Assembly (NCBI GenBank): GCA_028023455.1
Contig: JAQFVV010000002.1
Span: forward strand, 13,392,001 to 13,456,000
Origin: Epiperipatus broadwayi
Taxonomy: Eukaryota; Animalia; Onychophora
Direction: 5' to 3'
Length of the DNA stretch: 64,000 nucleotides
The translations under genes and the position numbers were made by a program. The first letter of the stretch is position 1, and every line of letters starts with the position of its first letter. Of the stretch, positions 14,001 to 27,692 are shown one piece after another. Below the pieces are notes generated by a model. It searched no databases and was not told the origin of the DNA. It was given only the letters and a program-made list of their open reading frames with translations.

Positions 14001-17000
14001 ATAATAAAGATATAAAATGAATGTATACCTGGTTTTATGGAAAACTTCATATAATAAAATAATTATGTCATAAATACTATTATGCTTCTGAGAAATTATT
14101 CTGTCTGCTTACTCATAGATAGAATGTCAATAGACAATTCTCATAAATGTAAGAGATGTGTATCTTTCTCTATCTAGACAAGCCTAATTTAATATTAACT
14201 TTAAGCCAATCAGTAAGGAAAATATATATATAATTTTACCTTAATCTGTTTTAAGAGTAATTGCATATTTATATCATAATTAGAATATATATATATACCT
14301 TAATAGCATATCAAAACTAATATAAGATAATAATAAACATGAACAATAATAAAAAAAATCATTATTTTATTCCCATAGTCTAACCTAAATTCTTTCACTA
14401 TTAGCTGACTGATGAAGGAGAACGATGTTATTGTCGGCCAGCAAAATATATTTACAGGGCAATGCATCCATATTTTTCATATTTTATCATGGTAAAATAA
14501 AAAAACATTTAAGACTTTCTGGCAAACAAAAACAACCATACAGTAATGCATATGAATACTTTTTTGTAGAATTTTGGGTCTGTTTTTTTTTTTTTTTTTT
14601 TTAAAAAGCTATAGCTTAAATAATATCTTACAACTTTGACCGCAAAGGAAAAATTTTCTCAAAGGCATTTTTATTGATTTTTCCATCCGCAATAATATAT
14701 GAAATATTCCTGCATTTTAAAGTATTTTAAAATCTTATTAATATTGTAAGCTAGTGTTAACTCCAGCATTTTACAATAGTAATTAAGATGTTACTATTTA
14801 CTTTTTTTTTCATTCGTAATTTTAAACTTTTCTTACATAATACTATTATAAATTGTTATTGTTTTTTTCATCAAGATTTGCATTAAGTACATTAAATCCT
14901 TTGCATTTACCAATACGGTAAATGTATTCTAATATTCATTTTTAACAATGAAGTAAACAAGAGTTTTAGAAAAAAATTTATCAGAATATTATTTTGATAA
15001 AAATATAAATTAAATTCATGCATTATAATATATGTAAATTTTAATATCCTTTAAAGTACATTTCATTTTTTAAAATTTTAATTCAGAAAGTTTTGTTCTA
15101 ATTACTTTTAATCTGGTTCCTATTATGTTTGGTATAAAAGCAAAAAGTATTTTATATTTATTTTATAAACTTACAGAATATATATTTTTTTTGTCATTCC
15201 AAACAAATCATCCTTAATTTTTAAATGCACATAATGAATATAATTAAAATTATATTAGTATATAGAATAAAATTTTATGCATATGATTTTTTTGCCTGGT
15301 TTTAAATCTGAAGTCCCTTTTAGCAAAGTATTTGTTTTCCAAAAGGATTCCCATTTTTTTTAATGTGAAATCCTGACAATTGATGGGGTAATAGGTTAAA
15401 TGCATGCAAGTCAAGTAGATTCTCTACTCCATTATTTATGAGTCAAAATGCAATTGACTATCATTTTAATTCGACTCAAATTCAAATCCAGTGTTATTAA
15501 TTTTCAGCTTCTTAGTTTTAAATTCTGTTAGTTTAGATGTTATCTTATCTCTTGTTCATTTAATCCCCCCTCTACTATCTGTGTTAGCTTATTTATACCT
15601 TTATCAAAGAGCATTGTTGTATAAAAATAGACCAATTAAAGCATAGTACATGCATACAGTTAATACTTCTTCATCTATATTCATAAGCGATAACTAATCA
15701 AGCTGTTCAAAATTATTTTAAATCACAATAAAAATATGCTTAAGGATTAATTATAAAGATTAATTTAAAATAGTTATAATTTTAAATCTTTTTGATTATT
15801 ATTTAATAAGAACAAAATATCAAATGTTTCTATACTTTTAAATTAATAATGATGCTAATAAATTATTATTTTAATATTATTGAAAATTAGTCCATCTGAC
15901 AGACTATATAAAATCTTATTCACATCCTGGCAGAGTGCCTAGTATATCTTGAACAGTCTAAGTCTTTATTACTCTCAGGAGATTTATTGATAAAATTTAC
16001 TTAATGTTAAAATAAAATTTCGCAATTACAATAACATACCACTGATATAATATAATGATTTAATATATTTTAATTATTGTCAATTAAAATTTTACACATT
16101 TGACCACAAAAATAAGGCTTGATAAACATCGAGTCCACCCATAAGGTTACAATATAAATAAATAACTATATATTTGTTAGTTTGCCACATCAATTTATAG
16201 TTTATAAATTTTTTGGTTAATTTTATTATAATTTATTTACTCTATTTTATCTTTAACGTCCATTATATATATATGGAACTGCTTAAAAAAATTAGGGAGA
16301 ATCATGCTTATTGTTGAGTGTAGGATTGAGCAATAGACAAATGTCCTAATCTAGTATAAGGGTATGGTTATAATGTTGGATGTCTTTCATATCTTCTTAA
16401 GTGGTGTTGTCTATGGTATTATTGTATATAAACCTATGGAAAAATAAACTGCTATAATATTCTTACTCTTGTACATGTATTAGTGATGAGTATGACAAAG
16501 AGAAATTTATTTTTCAGAGTAATCTTTATCTGGTTTAGAAAATACGATAGTATATTTTAACTCCTCATATAATTCGACATTCCAAATGAGGTCTGATAGT
16601 AACCCTTGGTAAAAATTATATCTTTTTGGTGCATATATAGAATCATAGTCATTATCTACAGCTAATATAATATAAAAAAATCATTTTCTATTATATTGTG
16701 AAACCAAAGTTGATATGACCATGTCAATTATTATTACCTAGTATTATGAGGATAAAATCACCAATATATCATTGTAATATATAATGTACTTCTTTCTTCC
16801 AATGGTTAAATTTCAGTCTTAAAAAAATTGTTCTTAATGTTGTCATCTTTATAAAATTTCAAATAATCAATCTTAAACAAAATTGAAGCTGATAACTAAA
16901 AATAAATAATTCATTTAACGTCAAATCAGGCTTTCATTCTTTATTGATCATGTGATGATAAAAAAGGAAACTTCTTGATAAGATTCCAATAGAGAATGAA

Positions 17001-17597
17001 AGTCTAGGATTATTTTAAATTTATTTCTTTTACAAAAATCAAAATCTACATGAATGTCAATTATAAAAAAAAATCTCAATAAACTTAAACCATATATTCT
17101 TCATTTTCATACTAAGATCAAAATTACTAATACATTATCAGAGATATTTTGTTTTTGTTTCTTTCAATTAATGACATTAATGAAAGTCTTCACTTATCTC
17201 TGGAATAAGAATCTTGACTATTCTATTTTAGAAATTTTTAGAGTCTCAAATAGATTTTGCATTTATTGAATCAAAATCATTTTTTATAGCTATTAAGCTG
17301 CAATGAACTTTGTCTTCTTTAAATATATATAATCAGATGATTGTCAAAGAAAATCTTTCAATCTGTACTAAATGACACTGAAGGTCATAATAATTTTATG
17401 TTAACATCTTATTTCATATCCAATTAAGTTGTAAATTATCATTTAAAATTTCTAATAAACTAATAATATAACTGTTTGCTATTTTATCCTCTGGGATTAA
17501 ATATCCATTTGGTTCATTATTTAAGTCATTTTCTTAATCTACATTAGGAAATGGTACTTTAATACAATTGGCAAACATTGCAATTTAATTATCAAGC

Positions 17598-17643
17598 TCC
17601 TCACTGAGGTGAGCCGTAGGCTCAAAACCAATTGGTCTGGAGA
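17598..17643 (+). ncRNA. Decayed type I hammerhead ribozyme motif
   Basis: TCCTCA-CTGAGGT-GAGCC(GTA)GGCTC-AAAA-CCAATTGG-TC^TGGAGA. Stem II is a perfect 5 bp, stem III is the palindrome ACCAATTGGT, triplet GUC. Core changes A9T and G12A (the latter at a CpG); one stem I mismatch. Confidence 0.7.
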
Positions 17644-18513
17644 TAGAAGTTTTTCAGATAGAGATTTTAAATATTTTCTCTTACCGCATTTACCAATTAA
17701 GAGCTTGTTTGAACTATTGGTATGCCCTCTGTATTACATTGCAATTTATATAGTAAAACTTTTTGTTAATGTAAATATGTTTCTTTTTTCAAGTATATAG
17801 GAAAGAATGTTATCTATATAGTACTTATTCTTTCACCACCAAAAATGAAAAAAAGTTAAAATTGTTCTAATACTTTTGATTCATATGATATTTCAGATGT
17901 TATTTCATTCACACACAAAGGAATATATCTTAGTAATTTCTATTATTAAAAATGGGAATTATAACAAAATTATTTTTAAAAATTAATGATGGAAATAAGA
18001 TGTTTTGCTTCTAAAAGTTATTCAGCCTATGGAAAACATTATCTATCTGTATTACTGCAACTTCTCTTCAATAAATTATCAGTTTCTCCATCTGTGTATG
18101 GAAACTGATGTCCCATTCAAGCTTGAATATTTTAAAACATTGTGAATAACAGTAATAACCATGATAATCAAGCAATACAAATTTAAGTGCATTGAATAGA
18201 ATCATTTCTTTCATTAAATCAAAATTTTAGAAAATAATTACAAATGGTTTATCTATGCTCACAATTTTTGATTATAGCATGAAACAATGTTCAGTTTACA
18301 AAAAAATATGTAATTGTTGTACAGACTTTGTCATATTACAGATAATAAAAATTGTTTTGTCTCATAAAATACTCAATGAATTGGCAAATAGGATTTTTTT
18401 TCCCTTCCTCTATTATACTTCCTAAAACCTAATTATAAAATCTGATGTTTTATTGATGTTAACATCTTAAAAGTTTTTATTGTGCTACTATAATATTTGA
18501 ATACCATTAAACA

Positions 18514-18912
18514 TCACATAATCACCATTTCTTATGTTTGCTCATAACTGTTATTAAAACAGGCAAAACTCTTCAGACAGTAGCCAAAAACACCAAAATG
18601 TATGGATACTGAACTGAGTTCAGACCTATGACTATATAAGCTAATGAGCTTGGATTGAAAATATTATTGTTTTCAATTTTATTCTCATAGTTTTGTAATT
18701 AAATAGAAATAAAAGGTAGCAGCTGGAGAGTTGCATTAGATCCTAAAATCTAGGTGCAATGCTCTCAGATCCACAAGCTAGAAGCTAGTCTGGGGATATT
18801 GGGTGAGTAGGCACTAGATAGGGATTTTATGCACAAGCCTTCTGACATCCATTGATTACTCTGGATTTCACTGAGTGCCACTACTGTATGGAGAGTTTTG
18901 CCTGTTTTAATA
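18514..18912. mobile_element. Family A copy, internally deleted (tail, short inverted end, core, one arm with ribozyme mostly deleted)
   Basis: Collinear with the reverse complement of 21270-21875; inverted ends tattaaaacaggcaaaactct / agagttttgcctgttttaata; remnant acaagctagaagctagtctgggga where the hammerhead lies in the full copy. Confidence 0.85.
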
Positions 18913-19456
18913 TTTGAGTACCTTTCACTCATGTTTCTTGGTTGGTTATTTGTATTTATTTCAACTACATATAATGTGAAGTTATTATACGTGCTATATC
19001 ATTATATACTATTTTAGTTATATGCTATCGAAAAAGAAAATGTAATAAAATTTTGTATGGCAAGTTATTTTTTACATCTCAGAACACCATATGCAAACAT
19101 ATTTATTAATAATATTTCTTTTGAAGTTGTGATATGGTATAGTATTTCAGGTAATAAGATGTTTTCTAAACATAAAGCTGTAAGTTTCATAAAATTGAAG
19201 AAAATTAATAAAATATTTTAAGGAATAAAATGAAAGTTATCAATTTAGTAGTGACGGAAAAGAACTAGAAAACATTCTTACATTGCATCAGAAAGCTTAA
19301 TGTTTGAAGAGTTTAACTGAGAATCAAGTAGGGATGACTATATTAATTCCATGTTAAGACAGATTTAAAAGCATCAAAATAATTAGAGACCGTAACAAGA
19401 CTACTATTATATTTTTACAGGTGAAAAAATTATTTTTAAAAAAGAATCATCTTGAG

Positions 19457-20633
19457 CAGGGATGGAGAACCTCAAGCCTGTAGGCCAAGACCATCCCTCA
19501 AAAGCACTCAATCTGGCCCTCAGACATTTTCACAGATGTATATAAAATGGAACCATATAAAACTTCTATTCAAACATAAACATAGTGCAGTGCAAATACA
19601 CATGCAAATATTGAATTAAGAGTTAAGTAAAATATTTACTCAACTACATATTTTTTTTCAACCATTACAATAATTCTATTTCATTCTATCAGAAGTGCAA
19701 TATTCTAACAAATAATCTATATTGTGAGTGGTATAGTGAAAATTACACTACATAAATATTATTCATTATTAGATAATCTATATTGTTTGGTCTGACACTA
19801 CAGTTAAATCTACGATGCTGGTAGCATTTTGTTTGTTTTTATAATGATTTTTGCAGGTGAACATATAACTAGCAAAAATAAAACTAGAATTTTACTTCAT
19901 TTTACTATTACTATTTTGCATTTAATTTTTTTTATTAGGATAACTACAAAAGTAAAATAAAAACTTACACAGAAAATCGTGCAATTGAAAAGAAGTGGGC
20001 CAAAGCATTTTTTTTAAAAAAAAAATTAAATCTATTTGCATGATATGTCTGGAAAGTATTTCAGTTAATAAAGAACACATTATTAAGAGACACTATTTGT
20101 CAAACATTCAGACTACAACAAAATTATTGGTGAAGAAAGAAATATTAAAAGAGAAAACTTGAAAATGAGCTTCATCAAATAGCTAACATGTTTTATAAAA
20201 AGTACAAAGAAATCAGAAAATTCTGTGAAAACAAGTTATTTAAAAAAAAGAACAGAAAATTCAAGACCATTTTCTGAAGAAGTTTATCAAAGACTGCATC
20301 CTAACTGCTGTAGAATTAACCTGTCCAGAACATAAAAAGAAATTTAAAAATATACATCATGAAGATAGGTTCAAGGTAATAGGAAAAATTGTAATTAAAT
20401 GTGAAAGTCATTAATATTTTATTTTTCATTCACAAAAAAATTATGACCCTCATTTAAAAAAGAAAAGTTGAAATAGGCCTTCCAGTTGTGAAGACGAGCC
20501 TTAATGATTAGAAATAATTAAATTTTTGATCAAATATAGTAGACTAATTTTTAAGTCTATAATTTTATGTGATCTGCAAATGAGATTATAAAATATCCAA
20601 ATGACCTTCATTAGAAAAGATTCCTCACTCCTA
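19457..20633 (+). mobile_element. Internally deleted hAT DNA transposon (Charlie/SPIN/GTF2IRD2-like), decayed
   Basis: Termini cagggatggagaacc / gattcctcactccta; 8-bp flanks atcttgag / gtctagag (6/8, TCTAGA-type target); transposase N-terminal remnant ICMICLESISVNKEHIIKRHY at about 20030-20100 and KPFSE-like motif at about 20265. Confidence 0.75.
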
Positions 20634-21386
20634 GTCTAGAGCATGTTTAATTGCGACTCAATTTATTTTAAAAGATAAAGATACAATAATTTTTTTTAAG
20701 TAATATTTTATAAATTTTACAAGTACTGAATTTTAGATTATAACAAACTATAGAAAGCCATCATTTTTTCCTCACAAGTACCATTAAACTGAATATCCTT
20801 GCAGATTGAATACCACTGTTTAATGGCATTTGTAATGAAAGGATGATTACTTTCTATAGTTCAATAGTGTTTTTATTTTTTGAGTGAAAGTGAATGAGTG
20901 AACACACAGATATAGATATTTAAATTTGCTCTTTTTTTAATAATTTTGTTTATACTATAATACTAACATTATGCATGCATATTATACAATTGCAGCTCAG
21001 GAATTAATATAAACGTTATTATAATCAAAACTTGAGGTGAACTTGGAGCAAAATATACTGGATGTTGCATTTGCATTATTTTATATTTATACTTAGTTAA
21101 CTTGTTCAGCTAATTATAGTTAACAAACTTATTTTTAATTATCAAAATTAAATCCACATTGAGGAAAGGCCTTTAATTCTCTCATTCACAATCACTCTAA
21201 TAAAAATAAATTAAATGATAAAAAATTTACGCTAGTTCTTAATAATTACATAAATTACACAAAAGTAGTGTTATTAAAACAGGCAAAACCCACTATATAT
21301 ATTGCCACACACAACAGGCTAGAGTAATCAATGGATGTCAGAAGGCTTGTTCATAAAATCCTCATTTAGTGCCTACTCATCCAATA

Positions 21387-21428
21387 TCCCCAGACTAGTT
21401 TCTGGCTTATGGCCTTCATCAGTGAGGA
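21387..21428 (-). ncRNA. Minimal type I hammerhead ribozyme, catalytic core intact
   Basis: Minus strand TCCTCA-CTGATGA-A-GGC(CATAA)GCC-A-GAAA-CTAG-TC^TGGGGA. Stem I 6 bp (one G-U), palindromic tetraloop CUAG, triplet GUC; A-A juxtaposition at the base of stem II. Confidence 0.85.
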
Positions 21429-21680
21429 GCCTTGGATTGAGAGCACTGCATCTAGATCTTAGGATCTAATGCAACCCTCCAGCAATCACTTTTTATCTCC
21501 ATTTAACTACAAAACTATAAGTCTTAAATTGAAAACACCTTAATGTTTTCAATCCAAGCCCATTAGCCTATATAGTCATATGGGTCTGAACCCAGTTCAC
21601 TATCCATACATTTTGGTGTCTTTGGTTCTTTAATAACCATAGCCACCACTATCTAGATGCAGTGCTCTCAGACCCAAGGC

Positions 21681-21722
21681 TCCTCACTGACAAAGGCCAT
21701 AAGCCAGAAACTAGTCTGGGGA
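21681..21722 (+). ncRNA. Type I hammerhead ribozyme copy with G8A core substitution
   Basis: TCCTCA-CTGACAA-AGGCCATAAGCCA-GAAA-CTAG-TC^TGGGGA. CTGACAA and the CTGATGA of the other arm are both single CpG-decay products of CTGACGA. Confidence 0.8.
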
Positions 21723-23244
21723 TGTTGGATGAGTAGGCACTAGATGGGGATTTTATGCACAAGCCTTCTGGCGTCCATTGATTACTCTAGCTTGTTATGT
21801 GTGGCAATATATATAGTGAGTTTTGCCTGTCTTAACAACAGTTATACACTAGCATAAGAGGAGGTGGTCATGTGAAGTAGTGTCATTCAGGGTAAATAAA
21901 CATTTTTTGCGAAAGTTTCTATAACATTAGGATAAAGTTATTTGTAAAAATATTAATCATGTTCACGATGCATCAAAAAATGTAAACCTGTTGTATTGGT
22001 TTATTGAAGTGTAATACATATTTTCTCATCTTTATAAAAGAAAATTAATAGATGACTTAACAGAAGTTATTAATCTGAAATCAGAGCTGGCCTAAGAAAA
22101 AGCAGGATCCAAAGCAATGCTTTCATATAGAGAAAAGGTCTTTTACTCTCTATAAAAAAAAACTTAGATATTTTTAAACAATTATTTTATTTGCAGATAT
22201 AGATATATTGCTTAACAATTATTATAAAGCAAGTCAAAATGGATTCTCTTCATTAAAATTATTTATTTTGAATGAGAATTTTATTTTTAAAAAAATCATT
22301 CAAAAAAATAAAATATAATTTTTTGCATTATGTGTATTTTATTTTTAGTTAAAATAAAATTGCGCAATTCATACTTATAATGTATAAATAATCACTTCTT
22401 TACGATTATTTATAAATTTGGTTTTGTGCAATTTTATTGAATGAATACATAAGAAAACAAAAAAAAATACATATAACGCAAAAAATTATATTTTATTTTC
22501 TTGAATGTTTTATTGTGAATATGTCAATAACTTCATCATAATTTATTCTTTTTTGCGAATTGTGATTCAATAGATAAATTGCTGATGAAGAGCTGATTTC
22601 ACATTAACATGATCAGAACATTGTGAAATATTTAAGCATACACATTGTAAGTAGCTGAAAAATCTACACCACTGCACAACCAATGCTTCTACAATTGCAT
22701 TACATCTATGTGATAGGGTCTTCAAATTACAGAATTTTGGTAGGAAAAAAAAAGGAAACATAATTAAATTTAGCAAGTAATAAAACATCTTAATTTTTTG
22801 ATTTTTATAGAAAGTGTAAATCAGCTGTGCACAACGTATGTATTGCGATCCCTCAAGGGGTTAAAGAAAAATTGTTGGGGATCGAGAAAATTTTGAAAAG
22901 TCTCATGTTGGATAATATACAGTTTTCTCAAAGATCTTATGTTAAATCGTATGTATTAAAATATAATATAAAAATATAATTTGCATGTGGTAAAACTTAT
23001 TATTACTATCCTTATGTGCTTATAATAATATGGTAACAAAATATGAATCATGTAAAATTTCATTCTGAATATGGAAGTTGCAGGTGTAAAAAGGTGCATC
23101 ACTGACATAGATCATGCAGTTGTGAGTTCCTAATAAATGAAGTTCTAGTACTGTGCACCATTTGTCCTCAGGCCAACTGTCTGCAATGGAAATGAATGCT
23201 GGATAATGAAAAGTCTGTTAAGCAGTTACCAAATCGCAGTAATA

Positions 23245-23447
23245 ATATGTTGGACTATTTCCATCATTTATGAGTGAATGTTGAATGCATAGAAAATTTT
23301 AAAGTTTATTTAAACTTTCAAATCCAAACAACTTGTTAGTAATAACACATAATAGACAAGTTGTTTGTATTTGAAAGTTTAAATCAAGTTTAAAATTTTC
23401 TATACATTTAACATTCACTCATAAATGATGGAAATAGTTTAACATAT
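23245..23447. repeat. Fold-back element, about 92-bp arms with 19-bp loop
   Basis: atatgttggactatttccatcatttatgagtgaatgtt...aacaacttgt / acaagttgtt...aacattcactcataaatgatggaaatagtttaacatat. Confidence 0.85.
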
Positions 23448-23602
23448 CTTATAATATACCATCATTACAAACCTTCAGACTAATAATGTATGTCTCATTA
23501 TTATTATTGTAAAATGAGCCAAACTGCTTTCAATGTCACAAATCACTATGATGGTCAAATATCCAATATGATTTATTTGTCCATAATGTTGTCACAAACA
23601 GA

Positions 23603-25336
23603 AATCACTCAAACAAGATTGAAATAAACAACTATTAATAATTATATTTAAATATTTATCAAATCGGCTTTCATCTCCATTGACATCTTCTCAAGATATT
23701 ATATTATACAATTCACATAAACAAATAATAATATTCACTCCATCTACTGGACATTATTTATATTATATTTCATTTTCTTTTTAAACATGTCCATATATTA
23801 TAAATAAATAAATTTAACATATTATACATCTAAAAATTTTAACAATACCCCCCCCCCAAAAAAAAATAATAATAATAATTAAATATATATTTTACATCTT
23901 TTAAAAAATAAAAATAAATAAATAAATTAGTATTTACATATGTACAACCATTTCCTACACTTTCCAATTGTTTAATAAAGCCCATTTCCCACCTAATTTA
24001 GCTGGACATTCTCTTATGGTAATTCTTTACATACTTAATAACACTTATATTTTCCTCACACTTCATTTTATGCCCTGCATCCAAATAATGCAAATATGGC
24101 CCTGATCTCATGTCTTTTCTATTAATTGCTCGATTATGTTCCTTACCTCTCTCACCTGCCGTTCTCCCTATCTGTCCTATATATATTTTATTGCATTTTC
24201 CACAGCTAATTTTATATACCAGCCCCATCATACTACTATCATCATTTAATTCTTTTGCATTATGTAACCATTTACCCAAGGACTTATTATTGCTCCAAGC
24301 TATTTTTACATTACTTGGCAATTTATCTTTCATTAATCTTTTATATACTTTTTCTGAATATGGAATAGACATCCATTTACTATCTCTATACCTATTCTTG
24401 TTATCCTCATTTACTTTATCTATCTTACTATCAAAAATTTTTCTGATTTCTTTTTCTTTGTAACCTATTTTTACATAATTATTTTTCATCTTTAATTTCT
24501 GTTTATATGCCTTTGTTTTATCTAATGTTAATCTATCATTCTTTACTTTAAATCTCTTTAAAACTCCCATTTTCTGGCACCATGGCTGATAAGAAGTTGG
24601 ATCAATCAATCCTCTTGTCTTTTCATCTTTAATATAATGTTCAACATCTATCTCATTCATTATCCCTCTTCTTAAAAAAATATCTAAATACTTTAATCCA
24701 TTTTCTTCTTTCTCTGTTGTAAATCTAATATTATACTTATTCTCATTCAATTCATTAATTTTTTACTAATACTTCTACTATTTCCTACAATAACAATATC
24801 ATCTACATATCTACAATATTCTTTAATCTCATTATTCTTTATAACTCTATCAATTATACTCTCTTCAATACTATCTACCAACATTGATGATAAAATACCA
24901 CTAACTAAATATCCCATTACCCATCCTTTGCTTATATTCCAAAACTCTTCCTTATATTTAAAATATAATGCCTCATCTATTAATAATAATGCTTCATAAA
25001 TAGTATTCATCCATTCTTCCGATAAAACATTACTTATTTTTAATTTTTCTATAACAATATCAATACTATCCTTTCTAGGCAGACTTTGATACATCTTTTC
25101 AATATCAAATGATGCTATCATTCCATTTCTATTTAATTTGATATTATTTAACCAGTTAACAATTTCTTCAGAATTCTTAATATATTTTCCAAATCCTATT
25201 GTTTCTACAATTTTCTTATATACTATTTTACATAAATATTTAAGTATATAATTACTAAAGTCCAAAATTACCCTTACTGGCATACTTTTTTTTATGAGTC
25301 TTTACTTTTCCAAACATACATGGATGTTCAAATCGT
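23603..25336 (-). mobile_element. Penelope-like element, 5'-truncated inverted copy (RT + GIY-YIG endonuclease + 3' terminal region)
   Basis: ORFs 24747-25283 (SFDIEKMY, GWVMGYLVSG, RYVDDIVIV) and 23998-24750 (GLVYKISCGKCNKIYIGQ). Reverse complement of about 25909-27692. One 1-nt frameshift near 24765 and a 62-nt deletion in the endonuclease C-terminus. Confidence 0.95.
23653..23700 (-). ncRNA. Degenerate hammerhead-like motif (U3-A8 variant) in the PLE terminal region
   Basis: Minus strand ATATC-TTGAGAA-GATGTC(AATG)GAGAT-GAAA-G(CCGA)T-TT^GATA; counterpart of 27596-27640. Confidence 0.4.
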
Positions 25337-27692
25337 AATAAATGGAAATGGTTATTATATAATAAAGCAAAGTCGAATGAAGAAAAGGATAATGTTAATA
25401 AAGTAAATAATTGCAAAGAAGATTATAATTTTATAAATTTTTCAAATACTAATTTTGATATTGAACAATCAAGAATTTTAAATAAAGGTGTTAAATATAT
25501 TCCCTTTGTAAATAAAAATGTTCAACAGGAAACTATAGTATATGTGTAGGCAGCAAATATAAATAATAACTTAAAAGATTGATTTACAATCAAAAATTAA
25601 TAGTGTTATAAATAAAAGTGTGAAGTATAATAGAAAAGAATGGAAGGAGAAGTGTATTATAAAACAAATTATTGATAAAGCAAGAACTGAAAAATTAATA
25701 ATTACAAATGAGGATAAAAGTTCAAGATTTGTGATTTTAAATGAATCAGACTATGAAAGGAAAATATATGAAGATATGGATAAACAAGGATATAAAAAAT
25801 TAAACAAGGATCCCAGTAAAGGAATAAAAACAAGATATAAAGTGTTATTAAACTATATGAAAATGAAAGGATTAATTAGTGAAAAGGAATATAAGAATTT
25901 ATATCCATCACGATTTGAACATCCATGTATGTTTGGACAAGTAAAGACTCATAAAAAAAGTATGCCAGTAAGGGTAATTTTGGACTTTAGTAATTATATA
26001 CTTAAAAGATTTATGTAAAATAGTATATAAGAAAATTGTAGAAACAATAGGATTTGGAAAATATTATATTAAAAATTCTGAAGAAATTGTTAACAGGTTA
26101 AATAATATCAAATTAAATAGAAATGGAATGATAGCATCATTTGATATTGAAAAGATGTATCAAAGTGTGCCTAGAAAGGATAGTATTGATATTGTTATAG
26201 AAAAATTAAAAATAAGTAATGTTTTATCGGAAGAATGGATGAATACTATTTATGAAGCATTATTATTAATAGATGAGGCATTATATTTTAAATATAAGGA
26301 AGAGTTTTGGAATATAGGCAAAGGATGGGTAATGGGATGTTTAGTTAGTGGTATTTTATCATCAGTGTTGGTAGATAGTATTGAAGAAAGTATAATTGAT
26401 AGAATTATAAGTAATAATGAGATTAAAGAAAATTGTAGATATGTAGATATTGTTATTGTAGGAAATAGTAGAAGTATTAGTAAAATTTTTAATGAATTGA
26501 ATGAGAATAAGTATAATATTAGATTTACAATGGAGAAAGAAGAAAATGGATTAAAGTATTTAGATATTTTTTTAAGAAGAGGGATAATAAACAAGATAGT
26601 TGTTGAACATTATATTAAAGATGAAAAGACCAGAGAGTTGATTGATCCAACTTCTCATCAGCCATGGTGCCAGAAAATGGGAGTTTTAAAGGGATTTAAA
26701 GTAAAGAATGATAGATTAACATTAGATAAAACAAAGACATATAAACAGAAATTAAAGATGAAAAATAATTATGTAAAAATAGGCTGCAAAGAAAAGAAAT
26801 CAGAAAAAATTTTAATGGTAAGATAGATAAAGTAAATGATAACAGGAATAGGTATAGAGATAGTAAATGGATGTCTATTCCATATTCAGAAAAAGTATAT
26901 AAAAGATTAATGAAAGATAAATTGCCAAGTAATATAAAAATAGCTTGGAACAATAATAAGTCCTTGGGTAAATGGTTACATAATGCAAAAGAGTTAAATG
27001 ATGATAGTAGTATGATGGGGCTGGTATATAAAATTAGCTGTGGAAAATGCAATAAAATATATATAGGACAGACAGGGAGAACGGCAGGTGAGAGAGGTAA
27101 GGAATATGATCGAGCAATTAATAGAAAAGACATAAGATCAGGGCCATATTTGCATTATTTGGATACAGGGCATAAAATGAAGCATGAGGAAAATATAAGT
27201 GTTATTAAGTATGTAAAGAATTACCATAAGAGAATATATTATGAAACATTATATATTCAAGAAAACTTAGACAAATGTGTAAATATAGTTTTAAAAGGTC
27301 CAGCTAAATTAGGTGGGAAAGGGGCTTTATTAAACAATTGGAAAGTGTAGGAAATGGTTGTACATATGTAAATACCAATTTATTTATTTATTTTTTAAAA
27401 GATGTAAAATATATATTTAATTATTTTTTTTTTGGGGGGGGGGGGGATATTGTTAAAATTTTTACATGTATAATATGTTAAATTTATTTATTTATAATAT
27501 ATGGACATGTTTAAAAAAAAAAAGAAATATAATGTAAATAATGTCCAGTAGATGGAGTGAATATTATTATTTGTTTATGTGAATTGTATAATATAATATC
27601 TTGAGAAGGTCTCAATGGAGATGAAAGCCGGTTTGATAAATATTTAAATATAATTATTAATAGTTGTTCATTTCAATCTTGTTTGATTGATT
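25337..27692 (+). mobile_element. Penelope-like element (Penelope/Poseidon-type: RT followed directly by GIY-YIG), longer copy, frameshifted
   Basis: ORFs 25620-26018 (DKSSRFVILN...YPSRFEHPCMFGQVKTHKKSMPVRVI), 26128-26826 (RT; one catalytic Asp codon deleted, RYVDIV) and 26871-27350 (GLVYKISCGKCNKIYIGQTGR...EY, CxxC-type GIY-YIG). Confidence 0.95.
27596..27640 (+). ncRNA. Degenerate hammerhead-like motif (U3-A8 variant) in the PLE 3' terminal region
   Basis: ATATC-TTGAGAA-GGTCTC(AATG)GAGAT-GAAA-G(CCGG)T-TT^GATA: U3-A8 compensatory core, stem II hairpin, palindromic tetraloop, 4-bp stem I; about 250 nt after the ORF stop. Confidence 0.5.

Larger units (their letters stand above)
21270..21875. 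mobile_element. Family A full copy: about 190-bp inverted arms (21270-21457 / 21651-21840), 190-bp core and 35-bp one-sided tail; each arm carries a hammerhead
   Basis: Arms are reverse complements with roughly 10% mismatches; tail ends ...cataagaggaggtggtcatgtga at 21875; no ORF. Confidence 0.9.

Noticed and set aside
24110-27133. ORFs 24110-24463(+), 26250-26594(-) and 26696-27133(-)
   Set aside because: Antisense shadows of the PLE ORFs; Leu/Ile/Phe-rich with no independent signal.
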